A stretch of 64,000 nucleotides of DNA from a virus (taxonomy: Duplodnaviria > Caudoviricetes), in the IMG/VR virus record IMGVR_UViG_3300025150_000002, positions 139,522-203,521 of that record; one strand, 5' to 3'. The notes beneath the pieces were generated by a model that saw only the letters and a program-made list of their open reading frames with translations, searched no databases and was not told where the DNA came from. The position numbers and the translations under genes were made by a program. Shown here piece by piece: positions 19,450-28,784 of the stretch. Numbering within the stretch: position 1 is the first letter of the stretch; every line of letters starts with the position of its first letter.

Positions 19450-19780
19450 GGGCACTCAGCAGTTGCTGGGGGTCGTTTCGCCTCTTACGAGTGGTGTGCG
19501 GTCGTGACTGGGACGGACTTCAGCTTCGGCTAAAGTAGACAACGGTTGAGGGTGACGCCCAGGAGTCCGAGGTAATGCTCACTCCGAGGAAACGAGCTCG
19601 CTGAGGGTAAGGCCCTCAGAGGCGACACCAAGGCGGGGATGCGGCGCAGGGACCGGGTAATGCCGACCAGGTGGTAAGCGACTAGCGCTACGAATTACAC
19701 TCTCAAAGTGTGGAGCGTAGAGCCGAAGGCAACTGATGGGATACGGAGAGAGGCGGATCAGGGAAACCTGATCCGCCTCG
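19450..19780 (+). ncRNA. Candidate structured ncRNA in divergent intergenic region
   Basis: UUCG hairpin (19518-19536), CTGAGGG/CCCTCAG stem, two GTAATG-loop hairpins, 13-bp GAAA-capped terminal stem (19750-19779), upstream TATAAC. Confidence 0.55.
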
Positions 19781-19858
19781 CTTCATTTTGCTCAAACGGT
19801 GGGAGTCTGGTAGCATCACTTAGCAGAGCGATGTGGTTGTAAGACCCGTAGGAGCAAA

Positions 19859-20443
19859 GTGATGTCTGGATTTGCAGTCAGCGGCGAAGAGTCCGACCAG
19901 GTATTGGTTCCGTCCAGCCACTCGACTATCAACCACACAGGAATCCCCGGCGTACCAGCTGCCGAGACCTTCACCAGCGGTGTTCACGCCTCTACTGACC
20001 ACACGGGCATAACCGGCGTCAACAACTTCGACTCGACACTACACGCATTGACGGACCATTCTGTTATTCCTGGTGCAAACGGTGGCCTGGCCGTGGGTAC
20101 GTCCACGACGGTGCCCGCCAACACCCTCACCGCCGACGGCCACATGCTGATGATCTCCTTGCGCGGTACGGGCACTTTAGGGATGTCCAACGTCACGCTC
20201 AACGGGCAGGTCATCGCGCAGTCCGTGGCCTCTCTAGGCGGGGACCCTTGGGGTGGCACCCTCCTCGTCACCCGCACCGGTGGCTCGTCAGGCTCGGCGA
20301 CAGGCGCAGTAAGCGACGCCAACAACGGGCGAAGCTGCGTGGGCGTTGGCGGCGTGGGGAGCCTGAACTGGGGCGGCGCGCAAGTCATCGCCGTCAACGG
20401 CGGTGCGACCATCAGCGCCGTCGCCCTGGTCGCGTTCCGCTAG
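19859..20443 (+). CDS. Gly/Ser/Thr-rich protein, possibly virion-associated
   Basis: Three imperfect repeats TINHTGIPGV / STDHTGITGV / LTDHSVIPGA. Confidence 0.55.
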   Translation: MMSGFAVSGEESDQVLVPSSHSTINHTGIPGVPAAETFTSGVHASTDHTGITGVNNFDSTLHALTDHSVIPGANGGLAVGTSTTVPANTLTADGHMLMISLRGTGTLGMSNVTLNGQVIAQSVASLGGDPWGGTLLVTRTGGSSGSATGAVSDANNGRSCVGVGGVGSLNWGGAQVIAVNGGATISAVALVAFR

Positions 20444-20474
20444 CGTCGTGGCGGATGTGTCTGTAGAAGACCGC

Positions 20475-20924
20475 CTAGTAGTCCTCGAACTCCGCGTGTC
20501 CTTCTTCGATGAGGGTATCGCCTAGGCTTTTCCAGCCACCTCCGGCCTTGTACAAAACCACACAGAGCCACCGGCCGTACTTGCCCTTGCTCCCGTTCTT
20601 GAAGGACCAGATTCGGAGTTTCTGACCGACGCCGAGGAGTTCCTCAGCGCGGGCCCTGGCTAGGGCTCCTAGCTCCCTTTCCGGACCGCGCGTCTCCCAC
20701 GCGTCCACACAGTCATCACTCTTGTCGTCTGGCGTCAGCACCGCGCCCTCGGCTAGAAGCCGACAGTAGGCTCGCACATCAATCTCGAAGCCGACGTCTA
20801 TGCGAAGTCGGAAACTGTCTCCGTCTATGACGCCCTTGAGTTTGCCCATGTCTGGCACCACCTCGGCCTCACGCCAAGGTGTCGCGAAAGGGGTTGTCTC
20901 TTCGTCTGTCCATAGCTTACCCAT
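20475..20924 (-). CDS. Thermonuclease (SNase-like)
   Basis: VIDGDSFRLRIDVGF, KGKYGRWL, LIEEGHA. Confidence 0.85.
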   Translation of the reverse strand: MGKLWTDEETTPFATPWREAEVVPDMGKLKGVIDGDSFRLRIDVGFEIDVRAYCRLLAEGAVLTPDDKSDDCVDAWETRGPERELGALARARAEELLGVGQKLRIWSFKNGSKGKYGRWLCVVLYKAGGGWKSLGDTLIEEGHAEFEDY

Positions 20925-20966
20925 GACTGGCCTCCAGCTAGGTGCAGGCTACATCAGTTTTAGGGC

Positions 20967-20974
20967 GGTAGAAC
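20967..20974 (+). promoter_or_regulatory. GGTAGAAC putative -10 box (representative of at least 13 copies)
   Basis: Other copies at 24242(-), 25131, 26978(-), 26993, 33223, 38772(-), 42661, 49530, 54398(-), 61603, 62657(-), 63400(-); usually 6-7 nt before ATG. Confidence 0.7.
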
Positions 20975-20980
20975 AGACAC

Positions 20981-21343
20981 ATGGACCTCAAGACGCGAAA
21001 GTCGGTTATTCGTAAGCTGAGGGGCATGCTGGTGCGCTGGCCTCCGGCTTCAGTTGATGAGGCCTATGACGTAGGTCGCCTCGCCGCCTGCCTACTCCCA
21101 GACTGGCTGGAGTCTGAGCACAGGACGTTTGATGAGTTCCTGTACGAGCATGGATGGAGGTCGAACGTCGCTGAGCGCGCAGCCTGGCTCGCGCACAACT
21201 ACTACGAGGTGCCGTCACGGGGTATCTGGCGCCAATTGGACTTCTACCAGATAACCCGTGCGGCTCAACTCACTCAGGTTGATTGTCGCGAGCGGTTGCT
21301 CGCGTGCGGTATCAACGTGCTTGATTTGATGGCGATGATCTAG
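20981..21343 (+). CDS. Hypothetical protein with LDxL tag
   Basis: Ends GINVLDLMAMI; GGTAGAAC 7 nt upstream. Confidence 0.7.
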   Translation: MDLKTRKSVIRKLRGMLVRWPPASVDEAYDVGRLAACLLPDWLESEHRTFDEFLYEHGWRSNVAERAAWLAHNYYEVPSRGIWRQLDFYQITRAAQLTQVDCRERLLACGINVLDLMAMI

Positions 21344-22425
21344 ACGGCGGCCGCGACACCGATGCAGACTGTCTGGAGGATCCGAGCGCATACGCGATAC
21401 GGATCACAGTTGGCTCCGGGCCGCCGATCTTCGATGTATCCGTAGCCATGCTGGGCTACTTGGGCTGGAATGCGAATTGAGCAGCCACGATCGCTGTCCC
21501 CGACCTTGAACGTGTTGATGTCGCACGTCTCGTGCTTGCCGGTCAGGCGCTGCTCCAGGCCGAAGCCGTAGTCCTTGATGTGCTCATCGTGAACCTCCGA
21601 CATCGCCTTGATCGCCGAGGCGATGGCTGACTTGCCAGTGCCGGGATCGCGCATCTCCTTCGTGGAGAAGTTAGTGTGCGCGCCCGCGCCGTTCCAATCG
21701 CCCTGCTCAGGCTTGCAGCTGAGCGTGGCTGAGATGCCGTAGTCCTCACCTAGACGGAACAGAAGCCAGCGCGCGAAGATCAGGTGGTCCGAGACAGTGA
21801 GAGGGTCAGCCGACTCATTCGTGAAGCCGGGGCGATGGCCTATCTGAAACTCCCACTGACCGAGCATTACCTCGGCGTTTATCCCGTAGATCATCAGGCC
21901 GGCTCTCATGCAGGCGCTGAGGTGGTCCTCGACCATCCTACGGCCTGCGACCTCGTCAGCTCCGACGCCGCAGTAGTAGGGGCCCTGGGCGCGGTGGGGG
22001 ATCCCCCTCTCCGGCCAGCCGAGAGGGCGGCCCGAGTCGATGTTGTAGAGCGTGTATTCCTGCTCGAAGCCGAACCAAGGCTCATGAACCTCGGCGACCA
22101 TCATGATGTCCCGCAAACGACTACGAGTATTGGTCTCGTGCGGCAAGTCCTCTGGAGTGGTGACCTCACACAGGACGAGGAAGTTGGCACCACCTCGGAT
22201 AGGGTCGTTCACCACTCGCACAGGTGTAAGGACCTGGTCCGAGTTGGATGTCGTTGCCTGATTTGTGGACGAACCATCGAATCCCCAGACCGGAAAGGAC
22301 TCGTGGTTGATTGGGCTGGTCTGAGCGTCAGGCAGGTTGACCACTCGGGTCTTTGAACGTAGGTTCTGGACAGGGATGTTCACGGAGCCACCGTCCATCC
22401 AGATGTATTCAGCTCGCACGTGCAT
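21340..22425 (-). CDS. glnII: Glutamine synthetase type II
   Basis: AEYIWMDG, WGFDGSST, EQEYTL, QGPYYCGVG, NAEVMLGQWEFQIG, DWNGAGAHTNFST, RLTGKHET, EDRRPGANCDPY. Confidence 0.95.
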   Translation of the reverse strand: MHVRAEYIWMDGGSVNIPVQNLRSKTRVVNLPDAQTSPINHESFPVWGFDGSSTNQATTSNSDQVLTPVRVVNDPIRGGANFLVLCEVTTPEDLPHETNTRSRLRDIMMVAEVHEPWFGFEQEYTLYNIDSGRPLGWPERGIPHRAQGPYYCGVGADEVAGRRMVEDHLSACMRAGLMIYGINAEVMLGQWEFQIGHRPGFTNESADPLTVSDHLIFARWLLFRLGEDYGISATLSCKPEQGDWNGAGAHTNFSTKEMRDPGTGKSAIASAIKAMSEVHDEHIKDYGFGLEQRLTGKHETCDINTFKVGDSDRGCSIRIPAQVAQHGYGYIEDRRPGANCDPYRVCARILQTVCIGVAAAV

Positions 22426-22466
22426 ATGATCTCTTCCTTTGATGATTAGAGGCAGGAAGAGGCCTT

Positions 22467-22685
22467 TTATAGCGTACCCGGCGCCTCGTCGTCGAGCTGG
22501 TTCATCGAATCATCATCGATTATCTCTGGGTGGTTCCAACCACCCCAGCAATGACCACAGTTGGCACAGAACATGCCGTTTGCGGACCCACCGCCGATCT
22601 TGTTCGAGTCACACCTCGGACAGTGGCCGACACAGTGCTCGTCGCCGCACTCCGGACACACCCAGGGGGTTTGGTTATGGCTCAC
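22467..22685 (-). CDS. Small zinc-finger protein
   Basis: CPEC, CPRC, CANC. Confidence 0.55.
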   Translation of the reverse strand: MSHNQTPWVCPECGDEHCVGHCPRCDSNKIGGGSANGMFCANCGHCWGGWNHPEIIDDDSMNQLDDEAPGTL

Positions 22686-22769
22686 GCCAGGCCCCGGACG
22701 ATCATAGACCTGACGTCCATCAGAATGCGGCCCAGGTGGTTCTCACCCTCTCCCTCGCAGACCCCCCAA

Positions 22770-23126
22770 CTAATCGGGTGCATGCCTGCCACTCCAGCCC
22801 TTGTGCGCACGACGTCTTCCATTTACTACTTCGCTCATCTTGAACGGACTCAGGTTGTGGTTGCGGCAATGTGCTCTCATGTTTGTTACCTGGCTTTCCT
22901 CTCCATCAGGGCCGATGAGCAAGTAAGTTTTGGCGGTCGCCCTCAAAGCGTTAGCGTAGGCGAGCGGGGGTAGCTTCCTGCCCTTATAGAGATCGGACAA
23001 CTTGCGATTCGTAGACTCGGGTCTGGGCTTTCCCTTATGAGCCTCAGATAGTTGACGCCTGTGAGAGTCAGACAGTTTTCTGCCGGTTAGGGCGGCAGAG
23101 ATCTTTTGCTTTGTCTCCTCAGACAT
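22770..23126 (-). CDS. NUMOD3-motif DNA-binding protein, no catalytic domain seen
   Basis: SEETKQKISAALTGRK, SDSHRRQLSEAHKGK repeats. Confidence 0.75.
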   Translation of the reverse strand: MSEETKQKISAALTGRKLSDSHRRQLSEAHKGKPRPESTNRKLSDLYKGRKLPPLAYANALRATAKTYLLIGPDGEESQVTNMRAHCRNHNLSPFKMSEVVNGRRRAHKGWSGRHAPD

Positions 23127-23649
23127 TCGTCCCCTTCCTTGGAGTTGGGTCGATCAATCGGCGGGCCTCAGCCAGTCCATCCTCGATGTCAGACGGGTCG
23201 CGGTCCACCTGAATGGTTGTGACGTGCACAGGTTTGAAGCCTTTCCAGCGGCTCATCTCATCATCACTTGGCTGGCGCCACTCGCCGGTCCAGATCATGT
23301 CGCTGTCGTAGTCGGGAGGATCTAGTGGGTGTCCGCACCGACTCCAGACAAACTTGAGGTTTCCCTCGAAGACCCATATGCCCTTTCCGGGAGGCGCGTC
23401 GAGGCCGTAGTCCTCGATGTTGCTGGAGTTTAACAGCTCCATCGTAGAGTCGAGGATGTTGTTCCCCTCCTCGGTCCAGCCGAGAAAGATGCCCTCTCCC
23501 TGAAGCGGCACGGCCACGAAGACCGTGATGACGCTCTCCCTGGCTCCTCCGGCACTGAGCCCAGGGATGTGGATCTGAGGGGTGTTGTTACTGTCCATCG
23601 AGACGTAGCCCCTCTGCCTTAGCTTGGACCTCGGCGTCAGTGACCTCAA
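23119..23649 (-). CDS. Hypothetical protein (start probably 23594)
   Basis: Coupled in minus-strand run. Confidence 0.55.
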   Translation of the reverse strand: MRSLTPRSKLRQRGYVSMDSNNTPQIHIPGLSAGGARESVITVFVAVPLQGEGIFLGWTEEGNNILDSTMELLNSSNIEDYGLDAPPGKGIWVFEGNLKFVWSRCGHPLDPPDYDSDMIWTGEWRQPSDDEMSRWKGFKPVHVTTIQVDRDPSDIEDGLAEARRLIDPTPRKGTNV

Positions 23650-24235
23650 TGTCGCCGTAGTGGCTGATCGCGGTGGCCAGGAGGAAGATCTTCATGTCTT
23701 TGCGCTCCTCCTCGCTCGGATCAGGCCGCTCTCGCGGCTGTTGATGGAGATCGTGGGGGACCGTAATCCCCTGCTCCGTTAACCAGGCGATGAGCTCGGA
23801 GTATCGAATGAGCTCGGCTGCGGTCTTCCTCTCTGCCTCCATGACCTTGAACGGGGCGCTCATTGCCTCGAAGTTGCGCTCCAATGCCGCGAGCTCCTGC
23901 TGCTCGCGGAGCTTATCCGCGCGTAAGCGCTCCGCCTTCTCGTCCTCATCAGGCTCGCGGTTTACGCCGAAGTTGCGGCCCGCAGGCTCCACATCATCGG
24001 GGTAGACCCGGTAGCCGACACGCGGACGCTCAAACGGGTCACACGGGTTGTAGAAGAGGTCAACCCGGTCGCCCCACTTGGGTCCGTTCTCGCCCAATAG
24101 AGGGGAGTTGGAGAAGCGACAGGTGCCGTCTCCGAGATCTACCACCCACCCGATGTAGCCATCCGCGAAAGTGGCCCTCACGAGCTTGGACTCGTCGTAC
24201 CAGTCGGGGGTCTTGGGGGTCTCGTTGTTCTTCAT
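23588..24235 (-). CDS. Hypothetical protein
   Basis: GGTAGAAC box 7 nt upstream. Confidence 0.65.
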   Translation of the reverse strand: MKNNETPKTPDWYDESKLVRATFADGYIGWVVDLGDGTCRFSNSPLLGENGPKWGDRVDLFYNPCDPFERPRVGYRVYPDDVEPAGRNFGVNREPDEDEKAERLRADKLREQQELAALERNFEAMSAPFKVMEAERKTAAELIRYSELIAWLTEQGITVPHDLHQQPRERPDPSEEERKDMKIFLLATAISHYGDIEVTDAEVQAKAEGLRLDGQ

Positions 24236-24283
24236 GGTGTTGTTCTACCCGACACGAGGTCCGGGTATGAGAGTAGTAAGAAC

Positions 24284-25135
24284 ATGCTGCGCTTCTTCGA
24301 CAAGCAGGGCCGACCTATCTCCTCCGAGCAATGGAGCGACTATCTCTGCGATCCTGATTACCAGATCATCAATCAGACCTGTGGTTGCGGGAAAATGGTC
24401 TCCACCGTCTGGCTCGGGCTGGATCACAGCCACGGCACTGGTAAGCCGGTAATCTTCGAGACGATGGTGTTTGGCTCCAACGGCCCTGGAGACGAGCTCG
24501 ACTGCGTGCGGTACTCATCCTTGGAGGAGGCGGTGGCCGGCCACGAGCGTCTAGCTAAGGAGCACGCGCTCGTTCTCGATCAGATCGTGTCAGCCATCGA
24601 GCGGGTCGACAACACCATCACCGTCTGGTCGATCCAGAGACTGTCCGCCTTCGAGAGGCTTCAGGAGTCCGGCGCGATCCATGGTGACTGGCGTCGCGTC
24701 GATAAATACTTCAAGAACCCCTATCGGTGGCTCTGTGATCAGATGGAGTCAAACGGAATTAGACTCCACGGTCGATGTCCTATGTGGGCCTGGGCTCACA
24801 AGCCGGATTTGAGGTCCGTTGGGCACGCTGCCCGAGGCGAGGCTGCCGTACGGCTTGAGTTGGAGGTCCCGGTTGTGGACTGCCTGGTCTCGAACTTCTC
24901 TGCCTGGCATTGCGTGTTGAACGACCATTTCATGGTGATCAACGATGCCGAGATGGCGAAGGAGTTTGACGGGAAGGTCAGCGGCTACACCCGCGCCGAA
25001 ATCAGCCAAAGCTGGCTGCGGATCTTCGATCTAGCGCTCTGCGCAGACAGCGGCTACGGCGACTTGTGCCAGGTCACCTTTCCGGGCATCGAGCTTAGCC
25101 AGGTTCGCAAGGTCACGAGGTTCAAGGGAAGGTAG
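24284..25135 (+). CDS. Fusion: small phage domain + LDxL tag + DUF3841-like domain
   Basis: VSTVWLGLDH...IFETMVFG; VLDQIVSAI; VWSIQ...PMWAW...PDLR...FSAWHCVLN. Confidence 0.7.
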   Translation: MLRFFDKQGRPISSEQWSDYLCDPDYQIINQTCGCGKMVSTVWLGLDHSHGTGKPVIFETMVFGSNGPGDELDCVRYSSLEEAVAGHERLAKEHALVLDQIVSAIERVDNTITVWSIQRLSAFERLQESGAIHGDWRRVDKYFKNPYRWLCDQMESNGIRLHGRCPMWAWAHKPDLRSVGHAARGEAAVRLELEVPVVDCLVSNFSAWHCVLNDHFMVINDAEMAKEFDGKVSGYTRAEISQSWLRIFDLALCADSGYGDLCQVTFPGIELSQVRKVTRFKGR

Positions 25136-25144
25136 AACGGAGAT

Positions 25145-25411
25145 ATGACCGATAAGCCCAACCCGTTCGTAATCAAGGTTCAACCGGGCACGACCGAGGT
25201 TGACCTTGGTCCCATTCTGCGGCCCATTATTTTCTGGGTGCAGAGGAAATCCGGTAACCAAGCAGATCCTGACAGGGTCGACAACCTTATGGCCGATCTG
25301 GTAGATGAGCTTGATTACCAGCGACGGCTCCAAATGACGAGCACGACGCTCCTGTTGTCGCCGCCGCTCGATTGTCCAGGCGTTGAGGAGCTCTGGTCCA
25401 TAAACAACTGA
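25145..25411 (+). CDS. Hypothetical protein
   Basis: GGTAGAAC 7 nt upstream; overlaps an antisense ORF. Confidence 0.5.
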   Translation: MTDKPNPFVIKVQPGTTEVDLGPILRPIIFWVQRKSGNQADPDRVDNLMADLVDELDYQRRLQMTSTTLLLSPPLDCPGVEELWSINN

Positions 25412-25476
25412 GACGAGTAGGAGAAAGACCCCCATCGTCCACAGTAGGAGGTCACCTACATCAATAAGTGCCAGGG

Positions 25477-26163
25477 TCACTCGTTGGCCTCTACTCGAAG
25501 CGGTGCGATTGTTCGCACCTCGCCAAACCCGGTGAGGTTGACATCCACACGATCACCGGGGTTCCAGGCGGCCCACTCGTTGAAGTCGAGTGTTGTCCAA
25601 GTGCGGCCCTTGCCGTCCTGACACTCGACGAGCACGGTATAAGGCCTTCTGATTTCACCTACTTGGCACTGATGCTGAGTTCGCGCGTCCGTGGTTGGGC
25701 GCTCCAGGACGAAGTCGGTTGGTGGGTGTGGCGAGCGGTCAGTGCCGGTGACCGAGAACGTGCGGTGAGGAACCCACTCGTCGTGATCGTATGCGTGGTA
25801 GGTATCTACGTGTACATGGATAGAGGTATTACCCTTGCTATCGGTTGAGGTTGTAGTGCGGGCCTCCGTCCATGACCGAAAGTTGTAGACGCCACCGCAG
25901 AATGACTCGTCAGGGCATGATGATGGGTGGCGGTAACTGACACGCTCGTAGTGTCGCTTGTCCCATTTCTGCACGTCGATGTGCCATGCCCATCGACATA
26001 CCACCACCTTACCCGTCTGGTGCTCGACGCCGAAGAGCCCCCACCCCAACCAGGCGAACAACGACACGGCGAACGCCATCACGGCGAGCGCAACAATTCG
26101 CTGTGGGTGCGACAACTCACTCCACCTGGGCACTGACCGTCTGCGGTATCCATAGCTGCCCAT
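25477..26163 (-). CDS. Membrane-anchored hypothetical protein
   Basis: N-terminal TM segment IVALAVMAFAVSLFAWLGWGLF. Confidence 0.65.
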   Translation of the reverse strand: MGSYGYRRRSVPRWSELSHPQRIVALAVMAFAVSLFAWLGWGLFGVEHQTGKVVVCRWAWHIDVQKWDKRHYERVSYRHPSSCPDESFCGGVYNFRSWTEARTTTSTDSKGNTSIHVHVDTYHAYDHDEWVPHRTFSVTGTDRSPHPPTDFVLERPTTDARTQHQCQVGEIRRPYTVLVECQDGKGRTWTTLDFNEWAAWNPGDRVDVNLTGFGEVRTIAPLRVEANE

Positions 26164-26279
26164 CTATACCTCCTCTCGCTCCTTGACTGCCTACGTCATA
26201 CCGGACCCGACGTCCTGCTCTCCATTCAAATCGATAAAAGAAAGTGGAATCGGACCTATTCCAAGCATTGGAGGTGAAC

Positions 26280-26636
26280 ATGGCGGTTCCGAACCTGAGT
26301 AAAATCCAGCGTCTAGAGGCCGAGCTCGCGGCGGAGCGTAAGAAGCTCGACGAGTGGGATAAGAGGCCCGACGATGCGCAGAAGCTCGCAGAGCTACTCC
26401 ACGAGCGATTCTGTAGATACAACCACACCGACGGGTGCAGCTGGGGCTACGAGTGCGGATCCAGCCATCCGGCACGTCACGATCCGTGGGAGTTCGGATT
26501 TGCGCACAAGGAGTGGCTCGGCAAGGCTCGCCTTTTTTTGGACACGGCTGGCAAGATCCAGAAGACAGTTAAGGGAAAGAGTGGTTATCAGCTCGCTGAG
26601 GCGCTGCTGATGGAGTGGCCGTCGTTCCTTCGCTAG
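26280..26636 (+). CDS. Hypothetical phage protein
   Basis: SD GGAGG; LHERFCRYNHTDGCSWGYE. Confidence 0.65.
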   Translation: MAVPNLSKIQRLEAELAAERKKLDEWDKRPDDAQKLAELLHERFCRYNHTDGCSWGYECGSSHPARHDPWEFGFAHKEWLGKARLFLDTAGKIQKTVKGKSGYQLAEALLMEWPSFLR

Positions 26637-26971
26637 ATGTCAGCGAGGTCATCGAGGATCATCGCCTCTCGTAGACGAGGCAAGACAACGGTTGTGACAA
26701 GTTGCCTGTCGATGAAGCCGTCACTCAGCTCGTAGGCCTGCGTGTAGGCTCTGAGACGTCCATACCCATGGGGGCCGGTAAGGACGTCTATGATGATGCC
26801 CGGCCGCCACATTATCTTGAGTCCAGCTACACGAAGGCCTGTCGAGTTAACACGGGGCAGGGCGGTCAGGATAGGGCCGAGCAGGCGCATTGCACGGGCG
26901 TCGAGCTCCTCGACGAGCTGCCTCTGAAGCTCGTAGTCCTCTGGGGTTCCATCCTGATCGTCATCCCACAT
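26633..26971 (-). CDS. Hypothetical protein with LDxL tag
   Basis: Ends REAMILDDLADI; GGTAGAAC 7 nt upstream. Confidence 0.7.
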   Translation of the reverse strand: MWDDDQDGTPEDYELQRQLVEELDARAMRLLGPILTALPRVNSTGLRVAGLKIMWRPGIIIDVLTGPHGYGRLRAYTQAYELSDGFIDRQLVTTVVLPRLREAMILDDLADI

Positions 26972-27005
26972 GACAGCGTTCTACCTGGATCGGGTAGAAC
27001 GCTGT

Positions 27006-27557
27006 ATGCCTACGATGACGATCATGCGCGGTGGACCGGGTTCCGGAAAGAGCTACTACGTGGCCCAGCGGTGCTTCACGACCGGTGTCATCCCGACCGT
27101 CTGTTCGGCCGATGAGTTCTTCATCAACGATAACGGCGTCTACGACTTCGACCCGAAGTGGTTGGGCCGCGCCCACGGCGCTTGTTTGAAGAAGTGCGTC
27201 GAGTCGATGATGGCTCGACTCGATGTGATCGTCGACAACACCAACTCCAAGGCGGAGGAGTTGATCCCTTACCTCGCGCTCTGCCAGGCCTTCAGCTACA
27301 GCTGCGTCGTGGTTCGGGTGCTCTGCAACCCTGAGCTCGCGTGGCAGCGTCAAACGCACGCGGTTCCCCGAGACAAGTTCGACGACATCCACACGACCGT
27401 CCGTCAGCAGCAGGTACCCAAGATGTATCGCGGCGCTCATTGGTTGATGATCAGGGACGTTGGTGAGGTTGAGCTTCCTTGCAACTGTGGGGTCTCGATG
27501 GGACTGCGGTCCGACCACGAGGGTGAGTGCCAGGCCGCCTACCGAAGGGACCGGTGA
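27006..27557 (+). CDS. AAA_33/polynucleotide-kinase-like P-loop protein
   Basis: MRGGPGSGKS, CSADEFF, AHGAC, IVDNTN. Confidence 0.8.
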   Translation: MPTMTIMRGGPGSGKSYYVAQRCFTTGVIPTVCSADEFFINDNGVYDFDPKWLGRAHGACLKKCVESMMARLDVIVDNTNSKAEELIPYLALCQAFSYSCVVVRVLCNPELAWQRQTHAVPRDKFDDIHTTVRQQQVPKMYRGAHWLMIRDVGEVELPCNCGVSMGLRSDHEGECQAAYRRDR

Positions 27558-28018
27558 ACAGCCGTAAGGAGAGCACGAATCGGGTGCGGATCGACGACTG
27601 CATCGCCCGTCGGCTCTACAGGATCCGATCGCGCAGCCTCGGCCCCCTCGCCGTCTACAACGGCAATGAGGGTTTTATTGGGCTGAGGTGCAAGTTTACG
27701 AGCGTTTTCCTGTCTACCGAGTTTCACTGGGACCAGGGACCCCCGTTCGGTACGGTGTTTGGAGTCGAGGATACCGGCATTGATCTGCCGGAAAACATCG
27801 GGCTGTGCGAGTCGCCTGGTGACATCGATGAGGCCACCGGACGGTGGGTCGAATTCGACCCACCATCGATGGATGGTGGCCGTGGTTGGTATTTCACGGA
27901 TACCGGTGAGGCGTCAGCAGATATCCGACCCGTCGTCAAGCACAACGACGCCCTGTTCGGCTGGCTCTGGGATCATGGCGCTAACGAGAAGCACTGGAAC
28001 AGGCCAGAGAGAGTCTGA
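27527..28018 (+). CDS. Hypothetical protein
   Basis: In + strand run. Confidence 0.55.
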   Translation: MPGRLPKGPVNSRKESTNRVRIDDCIARRLYRIRSRSLGPLAVYNGNEGFIGLRCKFTSVFLSTEFHWDQGPPFGTVFGVEDTGIDLPENIGLCESPGDIDEATGRWVEFDPPSMDGGRGWYFTDTGEASADIRPVVKHNDALFGWLWDHGANEKHWNRPERV

Positions 28019-28031
28019 TAGACTCTCTCTG

Positions 28032-28496
28032 ATGGACACATCAGACCCCTTGTCATGCCCTCAGTGTGGGTCCCACCGGACTCTAGGTAAGCTACGGACC
28101 AAACACGCCGAGGTGAAAAAGCGGATAGCCGACCAAGCGAAGCCGCGCTATAGGTCGCCGCCGACCCCGCCTACCGTTGTTTACCCCTACGACATGCACA
28201 CGCACACCCTTTCTAGTCATTCGCACTCGGTCACCGATATCAAGATCGACCCAGCCCAGGTTGTGTTGGGGTATGAGGACGGTAAGGACCTGTGTATCTC
28301 CACGCCTGGCATAGATGATCAGGTAGGCACTGTGCTGATCAATGGAGCGCTGCTCGACGTGTGCGTCGATTGCGGCTCCTTCTACGCGCCCAATGCACGG
28401 GGGCTTGGTGAGCGGCTGCAGACCGAGATCTACGAGCTAGACCCTCTTGGTGCCCTTGCCGAGATTCCTAGTTCTGATGTGACCAATTCCGGGTAA
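28032..28496 (+). CDS. Zn-ribbon protein with LDxL-like tag
   Basis: CPQC, CVDC; ends LDPLGALAEIPSSDVTNSG. Confidence 0.6.
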   Translation: MDTSDPLSCPQCGSHRTLGKLRTKHAEVKKRIADQAKPRYRSPPTPPTVVYPYDMHTHTLSSHSHSVTDIKIDPAQVVLGYEDGKDLCISTPGIDDQVGTVLINGALLDVCVDCGSFYAPNARGLGERLQTEIYELDPLGALAEIPSSDVTNSG

Positions 28497-28505
28497 GAGA
28501 GATGT

Positions 28506-28784
28506 ATGAGGGAGGAGAAGCCGACCTATACATACGGCGAAGAGGTTGTGCTAACGCGCGCCAAGGTCTTCTACCGAGTAGATGATCGGTCCAGGCGGAC
28601 TCTCCCAAAGGGAAGCGTGGTCCAGGTCGACAGGCCTGAGGCCCTCTGCGACGATCACGGGCACTTCGGGCGGTTCTGGTATCACCTAAAGTACGAATTC
28701 TGGTGGTCGGCCATCGCCGAAGAGGGTGACATCACCAAGCCCGGTGTGTTGGATCGACTATCCATCATCAGAGGACCTGAATGA
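28506..28784 (+). CDS. Hypothetical protein with LDxL tag
   Basis: Ends PGVLDRLSIIRGPE. Confidence 0.65.
   Translation: MREEKPTYTYGEEVVLTRAKVFYRVDDRSRRTLPKGSVVQVDRPEALCDDHGHFGRFWYHLKYEFWWSAIAEEGDITKPGVLDRLSIIRGPE

Noticed and set aside
25031-25480. Minus-strand membrane ORF
   Set aside because: GTGA-coupled and plausible at its start, but overlaps two + strand genes; could not decide, so not listed.
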